Assembly: GCA_030141605.1 (NCBI GenBank)
Contig: JAQGDQ010000023.1
Span: forward strand, 248,001-312,000
DNA length: 64,000 nt
Direction: 5' to 3'
From: Tubiluchus corallicola
Taxonomy: Eukaryota > Animalia > Priapulida
Shown: positions 51,532 through 64,000 of the stretch, piece after piece
Numbering within the stretch: the stretch's first letter is position 1
Layout of the letters: each line of letters begins with the position of its first letter
Position numbers and translations under genes: made by a program
Notes under the pieces: model-generated
What the model was told of the DNA's origin: nothing
The model's input: only the letters and a program-made list of their open reading frames with translations
Database searches by the model: none

Positions 51532-54500
51532 CTAAAACAATGATATGATAATTATTTAACGATTAATGGTTATGTAATTAACAGTTGGCTTCTAGATGAA
51601 CACACCTAGTAGAAATCTATTAATCATTAACATGTTTATTGAGCGTAGATGATCGTTTCAGCTATAATGGCCATTTTCAATACTATAAATAAAACCAAAA
51701 AAGAAATAATTAGTACAACGACAGATTTTAGTAGGATACTAAAATATAAAGGCACAAAATGTCATTACGAATTAACATTACCGTGTTATGATCTTTTTTG
51801 AATCTCATATATAAGACAAACATTTTTTATATTTTTATTACAATTTCTTCTATTTACATCCAAGTTTATTTTGACAATTTAAATTCCAATCTAGTGAATT
51901 TGTAATGTCATTTTGAACTTTTATATATTAGTATTGTCGATATACTAATTATTCCTTTTTTGGCTCGATTTATAGTACTGAAAATGGCCATGATATTCGA
52001 AACAATAGTATACGCTCAATAAACATGTTGATTCCTAGGGGCTGATACGTTATTTTTCATGTATTATTCATTAAATATTATAATTCCGGTTTGACACGAA
52101 GCTAACATAGAACTAATTCAATGAAACCGTCAGGCTGCATTCTGCATGCCTACTGAGAATGATCAAGAAGCATAAAATTTCTAATGCAGATGCTACTTTT
52201 GTTGAGGAGCTTTTGGCAATGCGTTTTTCAATTTCTCGGGTTAATCAATAACCGAAATGTACTGGTGAATGAAGTTGGAAGGATTTTTCAATATCACTTC
52301 TTTGAAGTTATTATCATATAACAATAACTCATCCAAAGGTAAATGATGTAATTTCTTTTAAATATATTATTCTAAAACAGCCATTCTCTTTTTGCTATCC
52401 CAGTCTTTTTATTCTTCTGTCTCTTTTCTCTATACTTTTCCTTCTCTCTCTCTCTCTCTCTCTCTTGTTTGTCCTGTTTTTCTCCTCTTTCTTCCTTGCT
52501 TTTTCCTTCACTTCATTATCCTACTTCATTCACTGATTCTGGTCTTCATTAAACCTTTATTTCTAGGCATAAACAAGCATTACCCTGGTCTTGCTCATAC
52601 AAGCTTGTAACGTTTTCTGCCACAACTTCTTCCACAACATCAGCAGTGGCATTAGATACACTGTTTAACAAGAAACTAGAAATCTGCTGAAGCCAAGCCA
52701 TTTCTCATACACATACACCACTGTCCACGCAATAAATGACACAGGTAGAGAAAGAGCTCCACACTAGAGCCAGAACATCATCCCACTAAATAATTTCTGA
52801 TGCTTGCTTTGTTAAGCTCTGCTCCCACCCACAAGCAACACCTGTTACCTGCTCGTCAGCTACCTGCCCAATTAAGTGCATAATATATGAACTTAATAGC
52901 GGGGTAATTGTTGTTTATGGAAGAAAATGAGTAAATGAGCAATGTACCATGAAAGCATTATGTGTATGTGTGTGGATAGAGTGGGATGACAGAATATGGC
53001 TAAGATTATTAAATAAGATGACAGTTCACATCTCTGTCAAAATTATATTTGAAAATGAAAACTGATGGACATTATTTTGCAGTTAACATGGAATGATAAA
53101 TCACTCTTTCGTAGAACTTGTAACCATGTCAAGTGCAATTTACAGCCAATCCAGTAATTACACAATTATGTTTGTGAAAACTTTGAAAAGTTTAGACACA
53201 TTTTAAAGATGCATTTATTCATGCAAGGGTACAACTGAATACCTTTTGGAGACTATAACCAAACTGAATTTTATTCTTCTTATTGTGACTGAAATATGTG
53301 CTTTTACTGTGATTCTTATATTTCAAAATGCAATCTTGTGTAGAGTGAACTGTTTTTCCCAACAGCTTCATAAATCATTTTATAATAGAATTTTTTATTC
53401 TATATTTTAATTTTAATTTTACTAATTTTTTTGTGAAATCTTGTATTGTTTGACTGTTTTAAAACGTCATTTTAGTTTTGGCTTTATGCATTTTTTTCTG
53501 TACAGCATTCGAGTAAATATTTATATGAATTTTACAGTGTGCAAAAATAAATAAACTTAAACTTAAACTTAAACACGGCAAGGAGCACTGATCACAAATG
53601 TACCATCTCTGAAATGATGCTTATAGCTAATGATATTCATAGTATATTTATGTAATGAGTGTCAGTGTGAAATTGTCAAGATGGGGGAAAAAGATGCGAC
53701 AGCCATGCAACATTAAACATTGTAACAAAGCCTAATTAAACCATTATCATAAGTGTACAATCGTATACTGTCTGTAAGCCTAAGCTATTTAAATAATGCC
53801 ATTATGACAAACACTTTTTACTCCCCATTTCTTATTTAAAATATGTTGATGTCATTAACACTGCATTACAAAAAAAATGTAATAACCAATTAATAAACTT
53901 AAAGGTTGGGAATCGTTGTATCCAATAGAAAAACGCTTCAAGAGAAGCAGTTGCGAGAGAAAGCAGAAAGTAACCATGTATTATGGACAAGCTTATAAAG
54001 TGTACTGACAGACTTCAAGAAAGCTGTATAACTCTGCATCTTACAAAGACCTCTTTTTCAGGGTGACTTTCAGATGGTAGGCAAAATCATTAAGATTTCA
54101 AATTTCAGCAGCTTGTGCATCTAACTTGACAAGTTTGACAACATTTTAATATGTTATTGTGACGCTTTGACAACTTATAATATTCTCTCTCCCACAACTA
54201 ACCAGCTAAAAGTTGCTGGCAGTTTTTTATTCTGTTAAGTGCATCATAACAGATTAGTTTTGAAATCGCCAAACTGATTTCACAGGAAGTATATGGAGAA
54301 ATTAAGTGCCAATATCAACATTGTCTAGGTTCAAAGCAACAATGTATAGCTTTGATCTATACTGTAAGTACTCATACTATAAAGCTTCTACTCTTCATTT
54401 ATTATCTGCACTCTTCTAAGTGTTACGTCCTATTAGCAACAATGTCTATCAGTTGTAAAACTGTCTAGTCAAGCCATATTGTAATTCTTTGTTAATCAAT

Positions 54501-55563
54501 AAAGCTATGTTTAAACTAAAGCAGCAATACAGAAATGGAGGTAACCAAGAAGTAAATGCAAATTGAGTTGGTGCCAGGGATTGTATCATTAAAGTTGATG
54601 AAAGTAACTCTGATAGAAAATGAACTCCCATGCATCGCATCGGGCTGGACAGTAGTTATGAGCCTCAAACGACGTTTTCTCAATCAAAGCGGCAAAAATC
54701 TTTGTGCATTATCAGCTTGCATTTACAATATTGGCACTTGACTAATCTTTATATCAGATCCTAATATAGTTGTCTTAATACAACCTGTAAGCACTCATTC
54801 TGAAGAGGCTTGTCAACAAAAATCCTTTAAAAGAAACATTAGTCTATAATGATTGTTTGTTGTCAACGAAACTAAATAAAATTGTTGAACAAACAATCAT
54901 TTATAAGAATCCGTTAAATGTCACAAAAACAAAATAAAAATAAAATGTGGCTCCACAAGAACTTATTGACTCTTTAACCACCAACTTTCTAAATTCTGAC
55001 ACTTAAGTATTGAATCTATAGATGTAAATTTTGAAGATCTACATCCAACTCTAATATGAAAATTAAACATTAAATAAATAAACCTTTTAACAGTTTCGTT
55101 GTGTGCACGTGCAGTTGCTGTAGGTCAAAGACTAAGTGAACCCAAGCAACGCGTCTTAACTACAACCATAACATGACATGTGTAAAGCAAAGCCAAATGC
55201 CATATAAGTTCAATAAACTTCAGTAGTTTTATGTGGACTTTGGTCTATGCATTAGTCTATGTGTAGAGTGATTTATTAAGAGGATCTTACTTGGGAACAA
55301 GAAAAAATGAACTAGGCTAGGGTCTAGCTAGCTGTTAAAACTGTTACTATTACAATAGTATGGGGCCGTGAGGCATTCTCAAGTGTACACAAATGTGTTG
55401 TCTGGTTCATTTAACCTTTGACCTTTTCACTATCATCATCAATTGCTGAAACTGTGAAAAGGCTTATTAGCCATAAACATACCACTTGCCAAGAACAATG
55501 TATTCTGTAAATAAAACACATTGATAAATGCTCTAATACTTCAATGGCTGGCAATGTACTCAC

Positions 55564-55715
55564 CGACTAAACAAGAGCAGGATGTGAAATAGAATTGACC
55601 ACGATGAGATTCCGGACATACACCATATTTACCACAATAATGGTCATCACAGGCACTGGTCCGCACGTCAAGCTTTACTGATACTGGCTTGCTGCAAGCA
55701 ACTGGTATCCTTTCT
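55564..55715 (-). CDS. TMEM8: TMEM8/PGAP6 EGF-like exon: ERIPVACSKPVSVKLDVRTSACDDHYCGKYGVCPESHRGQFYFTSCSCLV(G)
   Basis: ttgcag / gtgagt, 152 bp, phase 2-1. CGxYGxC..CxC EGF pattern. Confidence 0.93.
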
Positions 55716-56234
55716 CTGCAAAACATCATCTTTAAGTTGTCTTTCAGCTAAAAACTTTAGATTGATTAGTGCTATATAGAATTTCACACTGTTTAATGGA
55801 GCAATAATAAAGTAAAACTGTGGAGCAGATCAGGAATTTCCCAGCAATTCTATCCAGTAAGTTACTGTATGCAAATTAAGTTGAATTGTAATACTACTGT
55901 TAAAAGTTTGCATTGTTTTATATCAAATCGTTGCATTCTGCTGTGCATTACTAACAAGGATATAACTCATTTTGTTGTATTGAAAATGTATTTCACGGTA
56001 AAACAACAAAGCTGCTGCATTGTAACTGTCAACATTTTTTTTCCAAAGCACTTAAAACAAAGCCCTAAATTGTGATATTTTAAAAAATATTAACAAGATT
56101 AAAAAATTTGGTTTTATATTTGTACCGTGAAGGACTGGCAAAATTATCACACTAAAGGCTAAACACATTAAGTAGTAAATTTAAGATAAAAACAGCTACA
56201 CAAAATTATGAAATCATAATAATAAGTTGCATAC

Positions 56235-56449
56235 AAGGTTGGTGTTTTAATGTAGCATGATGTCTGCAACATGAAGTACCACTTTCCCGGATCCGGATAC
56301 GGAAAGAGCTTCTTCTGGGACATGATGTTCTTTCCAGAATCAATAATCAACATCATATTTTTCTCACATTGCAGCTTGTGATCTTTGTATCGAGGTAATC
56401 CTTGCTGCCTCAAGCAAGCAACGATGACAATTTGCTGTGTAGTCGCATT
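56235..56449 (-). CDS. TMEM8: TMEM8/PGAP6 ectodomain exon: NATTQQIVIVACLRQQGLP...PYPDPGKWYFMLQTSCYIKTPT(L)
   Basis: ttgtag / gtatgc, 215 bp, phase 0-2. PYPxxGxWY motif. Confidence 0.9.
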
Positions 56450-57412
56450 CTACAACAATATAGTATGCTAAACTATGTATTTGCTTAGGATTAAGTGGCA
56501 TTCATCTAGCATCCAGAATGTTTATGCATTATGTGGATGCAGAATAGAATAGATAAAATCGGTTTATATTGTTTCCAACGCACCCGTTTATCAGACCTGA
56601 GTTATGCATTATTTTTTTATCCAACTGTTTCCAATTGACTTTTATTCTGCAACTATTCCACAGGTGGATAAAGCATAATGCATACATATTCCAGATGTTA
56701 GATAAACGCTGCTTTAGTTGGATTATTTTTGAAAAGAAAACACTGCTTACTGACTTCTTAAACAGACATAACAGTATGTGTAATAAGGGATTTACAGCAA
56801 AAAAACCAAAGGTTAGGAAATTTGCATAAGCCTAATAAAGGTCTATGACATGCTGATGCTTAGTTTTGTCTTTTCAATTAAAGGTGTCTATAGAACTCTG
56901 TAGAAATTGTCAACGAGATTTGTAGTGCAGCAATCATGGCACACATGGCGATGCAATTTTCTAACTACTTTTTCCTTTGGTATAGGAGTTGAAGAAATTA
57001 TTGGGTCTAGTATCAGTGTCAACCTTACAGAAAGTAAAAAAGCATAATAATAATTTACACCATCAAACATTAACTCAGTGATTAACATCAAACAAGTAAT
57101 GGCAATAAGAACAAGTCACCAGGATGAATTGGCTGGCATTACAATAATAATAGTATAGTTTTGGGATTTTTGTAATAGTTTTTGCAGATTAGTAAAGACC
57201 TAAATTACTCAGAATTATCCAACACTGTAATATTGTTTGAAATGCTAAGTTTTTTAGATGAAATTGAAATTATCAATATATAAAAATTAACAAATAATCT
57301 TATTTTGATAATGTGTAGCATTCATAATTATTAAAATGTACAGTTTATAGATAAAGTGTGATGTAATAAACTAGTATTCTGAATACAGTATATTACACTG
57401 TATTAAACTTAC

Positions 57413-57804
57413 TATCATATTAACTTCATCAAATGAAAACTGAAATTTTAGAGTTCCGCCGATGTCCACAAATGACAACAGCTCAAAAACAAAAGGCGAC
57501 ACAGTTTTATCGGAAACTTTCACAACCTTGGTGTAGCGAGAGTCTTGATATATAATAAATGTGTCCGAAAAGTCGCCTACATGCTTAAATCTGACTAGCG
57601 GTAATATTGGCTCGCACAGAGGTCCAATTTTTGGCTTGTGCACGGCTGCACTAGTTTTATTCACTAAAACGTGAATGCCCGGATAGAGTTTAGGATGAGT
57701 CACATTTTCATGGAAAATAACAGTACTTGATTCAGTATGCACAAAGTTACTGATGATCGGATACTTTGCTTCTACCGCCTCAATGTGATGAGAGTATCTG
57801 CAAA
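57413..57804 (-). CDS. TMEM8: TMEM8/PGAP6 ectodomain exon: (V)CRYSHHIEAVEAK...CEPILPLVR...DIGGTLKFQFSFDEVNMI
   Basis: ttttag acceptor chosen for phase 1 (a nearby cag at 57798-57800 is out of phase), gtaagt donor. DxGGTL motif. Confidence 0.88.
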
Positions 57805-58477
57805 CTAAAAATTATCAATATTAACAAACTGATTTAAAAACACTTGTAGAATGTGAACAAAGTCTTTAATTTTACATATTAAACAAGCAAAGTGAAGCTG
57901 TCAAGCAACAAGTGCTATGACATCTGTCTCAGTTTAATAAATTTCTGATGAACTGCCTACAATAGCCCTAGTAAAGTTTTAATTCATTTGAAGACCTATA
58001 CAACCCCAACAGACATAAACGGTTTTTAACGCATGATTACGATTACACAAAGAATTCATAGTTATTATTAAACAACAGAGACTTATAAACTAAATAACTT
58101 ACCTTTTTCTGGCAAATTTCGAACACATGCATTACCATAAAGATAGCCACGTTTTGCGACTTTTGCACGAGTGAACATGAATGATGTACAAGGTACAGAA
58201 AACACCACTGCTTAATAATGTTTGTTTACTGATCTTTGGTGACCTCGTGACTGTACTCATAACGCCATTTGTCTCGTGCAACAAAAAAGACGCATTCTTT
58301 AAATTTAGTACCATTAACAATGAAATGATAAAAAATTAAAAGAAACAAGTTTTACAGTAAGTTTATAATAAAACAAATTGAAAACCTGTAATGAAAGCAG
58401 GATTTTAAGTTGCAAAAGCCCATACTATAGTGAGGGTTATGCAATATGTGTTGGTCAAACACAAAAACACAATCCAA

Positions 58478-59914
58478 GTAACACAGTCACACAAAAAACG
58501 CAATACAGGTAACACATTCAAACAAAAAACACAATACAGGTAACACAGGTAACACATTCAAACAAAAAACACAATACAGGTAACACATTCAAACAAAAAA
58601 CACAATACAGGTAACACATTCAAACAAAAAACACAATACAGGTGGTAACACATTCAAACAAAAAAACACAATACAGGTAACACATTCAAACAAAAAACAC
58701 AATACAGGTAACACACTCAAACAAAAAACACAATACAGGTAACACATTCAAACAAAAAACACAATACAGGTAACACATTCAAACAAAAAAAACACAATAC
58801 AGGTAACACATTCACACAAAAAAACACAATACAGGTAACACATTCAAACAAAAAACACAATACAGGTGGTAACACATTCAAAGAAAAAAACACAATACAG
58901 GTAACACATTCAAACAAAAAACACAATACAGGTAATACATTCAAACAAAAAACACAATACAGGTAACACATTCAAACAAAAAACACAATACAGGTAACAC
59001 ATTCGAACAAAAAACACAATACAGGTAACACATTCAAACAAAAAACACAATACAGGTAACACATTCAAACAAAAAACACAATACAGGTAACACATTCAAA
59101 CAAAAAACACAATACAGGTAACACATTCAAACAAAAAACACAATACAGGTAACACATTCAAACAAAAAAAACACAATACAGGTAACACATTCAAACAAAA
59201 AACACAATACAGGTGGTAACACATTCAAACAAAAAAACACAATACAGGTAACACATTCAAACAAAAAACACAATACAGGTAACACATTCAAACAAAAAAC
59301 ACAATACAGGTAACACATTCAAACAAAAAACACAATACAGGTAACACAGGTAACACATTCAAACAAAAAACACAATACAGGTAACACATTCAAACAAAAA
59401 ACACAATACAGGTAACACATTCAAACAAAAAACACAATACAGGTAACACATTCAAACAAAAAAACACAATACAGGTAACACATTCAAACAAAAAACACAA
59501 TACAGGTAACACATTCAAACAAAAAACACAATACAGGTAACACATTCAAACAAAAAACACAATACAGGTAACACATTCAAACAAAAAACACAATACAGGT
59601 AACACACTCAAACAAAAAACACAATACAGGTAACACATTCAAACAAAAAACACAATACAGGTAACACATTCAAACAAAAAAAAAACACAATACAGGTAAC
59701 ACATTCACACAAAAAAACACAATACAGGTAACACATTCAAACAAAAAAACACAAAACAGGTAACACATTCAAACAAAAAAACACAATACAGGTAACACGT
59801 TCAAACAAAAAACACAATACAGGTAACACATTCAAACAAAAAACACAATACAGGTAACACATTCAAACAGAAAAACACAATACAGGTAACACATTCACAC
59901 AAAAAGCACAGTAC
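58478..59914. repeat. 31-bp tandem repeat (~45 copies)
   Basis: Unit caaacaaaaaacacaatacaggtaacacatt, with variable A-tract length. Confidence 0.95.
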
Positions 59915-60394
59915 AGTTGTTGGCTTACGACCACGACCGGTTCTGGTGAATTGACTGTAAGGTAATTTGGACACAAGTCAGACCTGTATGTTCAAGTGGT
60001 GTGCCCCTAGATGGAAGATGTTGTGCACTAAGTATGGCACCGTTCATGGGTGATAAGGTGGCATTTAAAAATTAATTTACTTAAAAAAAGAAGGAAATAG
60101 GAGTTATTAATAGTTTTGTATCGTTCATTAATTAAGTTGCGTTTCCGTAGAATGGTGATGAGTTTCACACGTCGTAAATTGGCGACTACCTGTACATTTC
60201 TAAATAAAACAGTTGTTTTACAAATTATAATACAGAGTAATACAGTTTTTAAGCTTCTCTGAAAAGAATTGGTTTTCTAAGTGAATAACATCACCTGCAC
60301 TAACAGTGTTCCTAAAGTTATTTGTATAATTATAATAATTGGATCACAGTAAAAATCTGAAACTTGGAAATTATGATATGAAACATGAAATTAC

Positions 60395-60666
60395 CTACTA
60401 ATGAAACTGATATCGAGAATCCGATCTCAATATCGTGTTTCACTTTCTTTACAGTTACATAATAATATTTCTCAAGCTCTGGATGAGTTTGATCAAATTT
60501 ACAGGGTTGACTAGTATTGCACCAGACGGCATCGGTGTCCAAGTATGGAAAAGCTCCACCACGGAGGCTGTATATTAAATTGCATGGTATTTGGCTACCG
60601 TTGTTTGGAAGAAAACAGTTGCTGACGATCACACTGAATGAGAAAGCTGATTCTGGCACATAAAAT
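60395..60666 (-). CDS. TMEM8: TMEM8/PGAP6 ectodomain exon: (K)FYVPESAFSFSVIVSNC...GFSISVSLV
   Basis: cttgcag / gtaatt, 272 bp, phase 2-1. Confidence 0.88.
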
Positions 60667-60820
60667 CTGCAAGGGAAACAGAAAAATGTTATAATTCAAC
60701 TGTCATTAGTTGTGTTCAATATAGTCTATACAGTCTAAACAGTGCAGTCAGCAAACTAATGTAACATATATGCATCAATTGCCATCCAAACATGACATAC
60801 AATAATAATTTAATAATAAC

Positions 60821-60937
<117 letters not shown>

Positions 60938-61059
60938 CTTTATTTAAAGTCAGCTTTAAATTCAGCAGACAACAAGACTGCTATGACGCTTTTATTGCCG
61001 ACTGTAAATTACAAAATATATCTACATAACAGAGATTTTTATTACCCCACTTTTACCCC

Positions 61060-61180
61060 AAAATGTATTTAATACCATGTGCTAACCAGGGCAACAGCAG
61101 GTACCCTTTTAAAAGTCTTTGGTATGATCAGGCCACAGTATTGAACTCCCAGACAGAAAGTAGACCCATGACCGCTATAC
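61060..61180 (-). mobile_element. Meta/MESC-core SINE fragment
   Basis: Minus strand tcataccaaagacttttaaaagggtacctgctgttgccctggttagcac resembles the Meta-type SINE core. Confidence 0.6.
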
Positions 61181-62180
61181 AGAAAGTAGAGTGCCATGTG
61201 CCAACAAGCACATCTAAAGATTCAGTGACCAACTTACTTATTAATTCCTTCTAAGAATCAGATCAAACAAGTAGCCATGCAGTGCATGCAGTGCCATCTA
61301 CAGACTAATAATCTCAAATACTACTTAATGGTTAATGATGAGTTTAATTTGAATTTAGAGACACAATGGCAGTTTTATTTGCTGAATTTTCCCTGCCATT
61401 TCAGGAATAATTCAAAGCAAGGCAGCTATGTATTTTCAATACAAAAATGAAATAATAACTATATTAGTCTTGCAGAGTAAGCTTTTTTTAAGTAAGGTCA
61501 TATCAATAATTTATATAAACAATACAGGCAACTACAAAGTACTGAAAGTATTTCTTGATTTAGACAAACAATAAAGTATAACAAAACGCTTACAGCTGGC
61601 TAGTAAAAAATGTTTTCGTGTTTCATAAATTTTTGCTTGACTTGCTTTTCATACAAATTTTGTGTATGCTGTGCATACAGTTGTGTAGCTAATAAAGGAG
61701 TAAGGGGAGCAACCCATTCCAGGAATGTATTTTTCAAAATCAGTGCCTTTTCAACAGTTTTTTACTTGTGCAATAAAAGTCGAATCTTTTATATTTTTTT
61801 AATTGCATGGCCTTGGAGGAATTTTCTGGAGTCATTACTTTTACTTGACCAACCTGCCTCCTGTGTTTTCAAAATGAGTGTGCATTTATGTAACTCATTT
61901 GTCAAGGTTGACTGATTGAACCAAGGATCAAATTGCTACTGTTCGTTATGGCATAGACAAACATATACTTGCTTTACGTGTCACGACACATTTTTTATGT
62001 GCTTGCACTCCCAAACTTTCAAACCTGGTTGTACCCCTGTGTGCATGCAAAAAATAAATGTAAAAGTGGTAACCCCCCAAATAACTGTAATAACATACAG
62101 AGCCATTTATTTGAGAAATCTTATCAAAGCAGTATAGACATACAGCAGATGCTAAAACATAGTTACTTAACAAAGCTTAC

Positions 62181-62314
62181 TTAAAATAAGAGTACAGCTC
62201 CTTGTATGACAGAGTTTGCTGCACCGTCCTGTCTGAGACTAGCAGAGTAATATCTTCTGATGGTGACCACAGTGCGAGAGATCCTAAACTATATTTACAA
62301 CTTAAACCTATACC
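62181..62314 (-). CDS. TMEM8: TMEM8/PGAP6 exon: GIGLSCKYSLGSLALWSPSEDITLLVSDRTVQQTLSYKELYSYF(K)
   Basis: ttacag / gtaagc, 134 bp, phase 0-2. Confidence 0.88.
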
Positions 62315-62674
62315 CTGTAAAATATAAAAACAACCATCACGTAAAACAAATACAATACAGTAACATGTAGAATGTAAGTAAAGCAAAAAATTAAGTTTTG
62401 TGGCTCACAATATGCATATGTTTAATTGCAATTTCAACAGTTTGAACTAATTTATATCATAATTCTTATCGTGCATTGTGTTTTTTTTTGTTTATTTGTT
62501 GTACAGTATAAGAGTACGAATGAATGGTACAAATAAATAAATAAAAACTGTTCACCATCAAGTAAACGATAAGCACAAAATTTTACAAAACACTTTTTAA
62601 GAGTTTAACGTTTTACCAGTGAAAACATGGCAAAGCTTTTAGTTCATGTGCTAATAAACAGTGTAAATGCCTAC

Positions 62675-62891
62675 CTGTTGTTTTATTTCCTCGCCGCCAG
62701 GTGGGGGTAAGTAGGCAATGGCAAACCAGCTCCCAGGCTGAGGATTAATAATACTGAAGCCCAGCGAAGTTTCCGGTAAATACGAAGCTGTGGTTTCAAG
62801 TTGATAAATTTTTTGAGTATCAATATATACATCTGGTGGAAATGAAGAATTGAAAGGATCTACAACAGGATACGTACCATGCTTAAGTGCT
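62675..62891 (-). CDS. TMEM8: TMEM8/PGAP6 exon: ALKHGTYPVVDPFNSSFP...NPQPGSWFAIAYLPPPGGEEIKQQ
   Basis: tttcag / gtaggc, 217 bp, phase 2-0. GxxPVVxP..FP and PxPGxWF motifs. Confidence 0.92.
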
Positions 62892-63502
62892 CTGAAAAAT
62901 AAAACAGAAACATGCCAATACTTTGTGTCAGCGGACAGCAGATGGCACCACACAACTGCAGCTGGAAGTCAGAAGTACTAAAACAACACAAGTGCTACGA
63001 GTGGTTATTATATTTGCAAAATTAATTTGCATAAAATTTTTATTTCCTGTTCGCGAAATTTACATACATAACTTTTTCCACCAATGTCCAAAATGAACAC
63101 AAAGATAATTGTACCTAGGAAAAAGCGAGGAAATCAAAAATATTTTATTAAATAGCACATTGTCCTATTTTGACAATTTGCAAAATACAACGAAATACCA
63201 TTTATTTTGTCCTAAATGTGTTGCAAATACTTTACGTTTTCTATTACCACTGCAAAAAGTACTTATACTCAAAGAGTAGGCTTAAGCCTGCGCAGCCAAC
63301 TACGGATTGCCGGTGATTGAAATGTTTCACATGAACATTTCAGTTCAACTTTCATAATTTAGAAAAATAAACACCATTCAACTGATAATAATTTAAGAAG
63401 TAAGTGTGCATGAACATTGTAAATACAGTCTAAAAATAAAACCATTAAAGTGTTTCTTTCACCTATAGCAGAAGGGTTCCTAGATTTCATAGCATTACTT
63501 AC

Positions 63503-63573
63503 ATATGTGCTGTCTTTCTAGGACAGTCTGCATGATCCATAGCAGCTATAAATTGCCAACTAACTATTGACAC
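63503..63573 (-). CDS. TMEM8: TMEM8/PGAP6 exon: VSIVSWQFIAAMDHADCPRKTAH(I); the gene continues 5' beyond the window
   Basis: tttgcag / gtaagt, 71 bp, phase 0-2 joining the next exon. Confidence 0.8.
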
Positions 63574-63835
63574 CTGCAAAAAACAGAAAACTCAAATGTA
63601 AAAGGCTATAATTATATTATACTGATCACATTTAAATTGCAATTTCAAGTTGCAATACATTGTTGAGTCTGCAAATTAAATTGTGGCACAGCGGATAAAA
63701 AATAAAGCAAAAAAAAATAGAAATTGACTATATTGAAATTTTGTGCTTTCTGACAACTTATGGTTTTCTTATCGTAATTCTTACAACCTCTAAGAAACAT
63801 AGTAAAGTACACTCAAATACAGATAAACAGAAACA

Positions 63836-63936
63836 GATGATGGTCGCTACGGCGGTGTGATGATGGTGGTCATGATGATGCCGATGATTATGATGATGAT
63901 GATAATGTTGATGATGATAATGATAATGATGATGAT
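63836..63936. repeat. Imperfect (GAT)n microsatellite
   Basis: Directly visible. It gives a spurious poly-His ORF. Confidence 0.85.
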
Positions 63937-64000
63937 TTAAAAGCGCTTCTATAGAGTTTTTTCTAATAAACCGCATAACTGGAAAATTTCGTTTAATGAC

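Noticed and set aside
54450-54840. Possible Penelope-like 3' fragment with ctgaaga (similar hints at ~7250 and ~46165)
   Set aside because: Too degenerate. No complete hammerhead core or convincing GIY-YIG motif.
58717-59318. Cys/Val/Phe-rich repetitive ORFs, and a CRISPR-like appearance
   Set aside because: Translations of the 31-bp tandem repeat. There are no unique spacers and the context is eukaryotic.
58500-59900. Repeated cag|gtaa motifs resembling recursive splice sites
   Set aside because: They are on the + strand, antisense to the host gene, and lack polypyrimidine tracts.

Overview
AT-rich genomic DNA from an invertebrate animal, with spliceosomal introns and no prokaryotic features. 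Two intron-rich genes lie in tandem on the minus strand. (1) An FBXL2/FBXL20-type F-box/leucine-rich-repeat gene: 10 phase-consistent core exons at 3694-15558 end in a CAAX box (CCIM), and candidate N-terminal exons lie at ~16.8, ~27 and ~39 kb. (2) A TMEM8/PGAP6-type gene (ectodomain, EGF-like domain, 7-TM CREST domain): 10 exons at 45458-63573, with the 5' end outside the window. Introns carry hAT and pogo-type MITEs, LINE fragments, SINEs, a foldback-like element and two large minisatellites. The best unexplained signal is at the TMEM8 stop: TGA-CAA-TTA, the classic CARYYA leaky-stop context. It is followed by 56 open in-frame codons with a YxxPhi motif and a hand-predicted stem-loop, which suggests programmed stop-codon readthrough. 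Also notable: a candidate CAAX-less alternative last exon and a GC-AG intron in the FBXL gene, and uORF-dense candidate 5' exons. All exon boundaries were derived by hand and lack transcript support.
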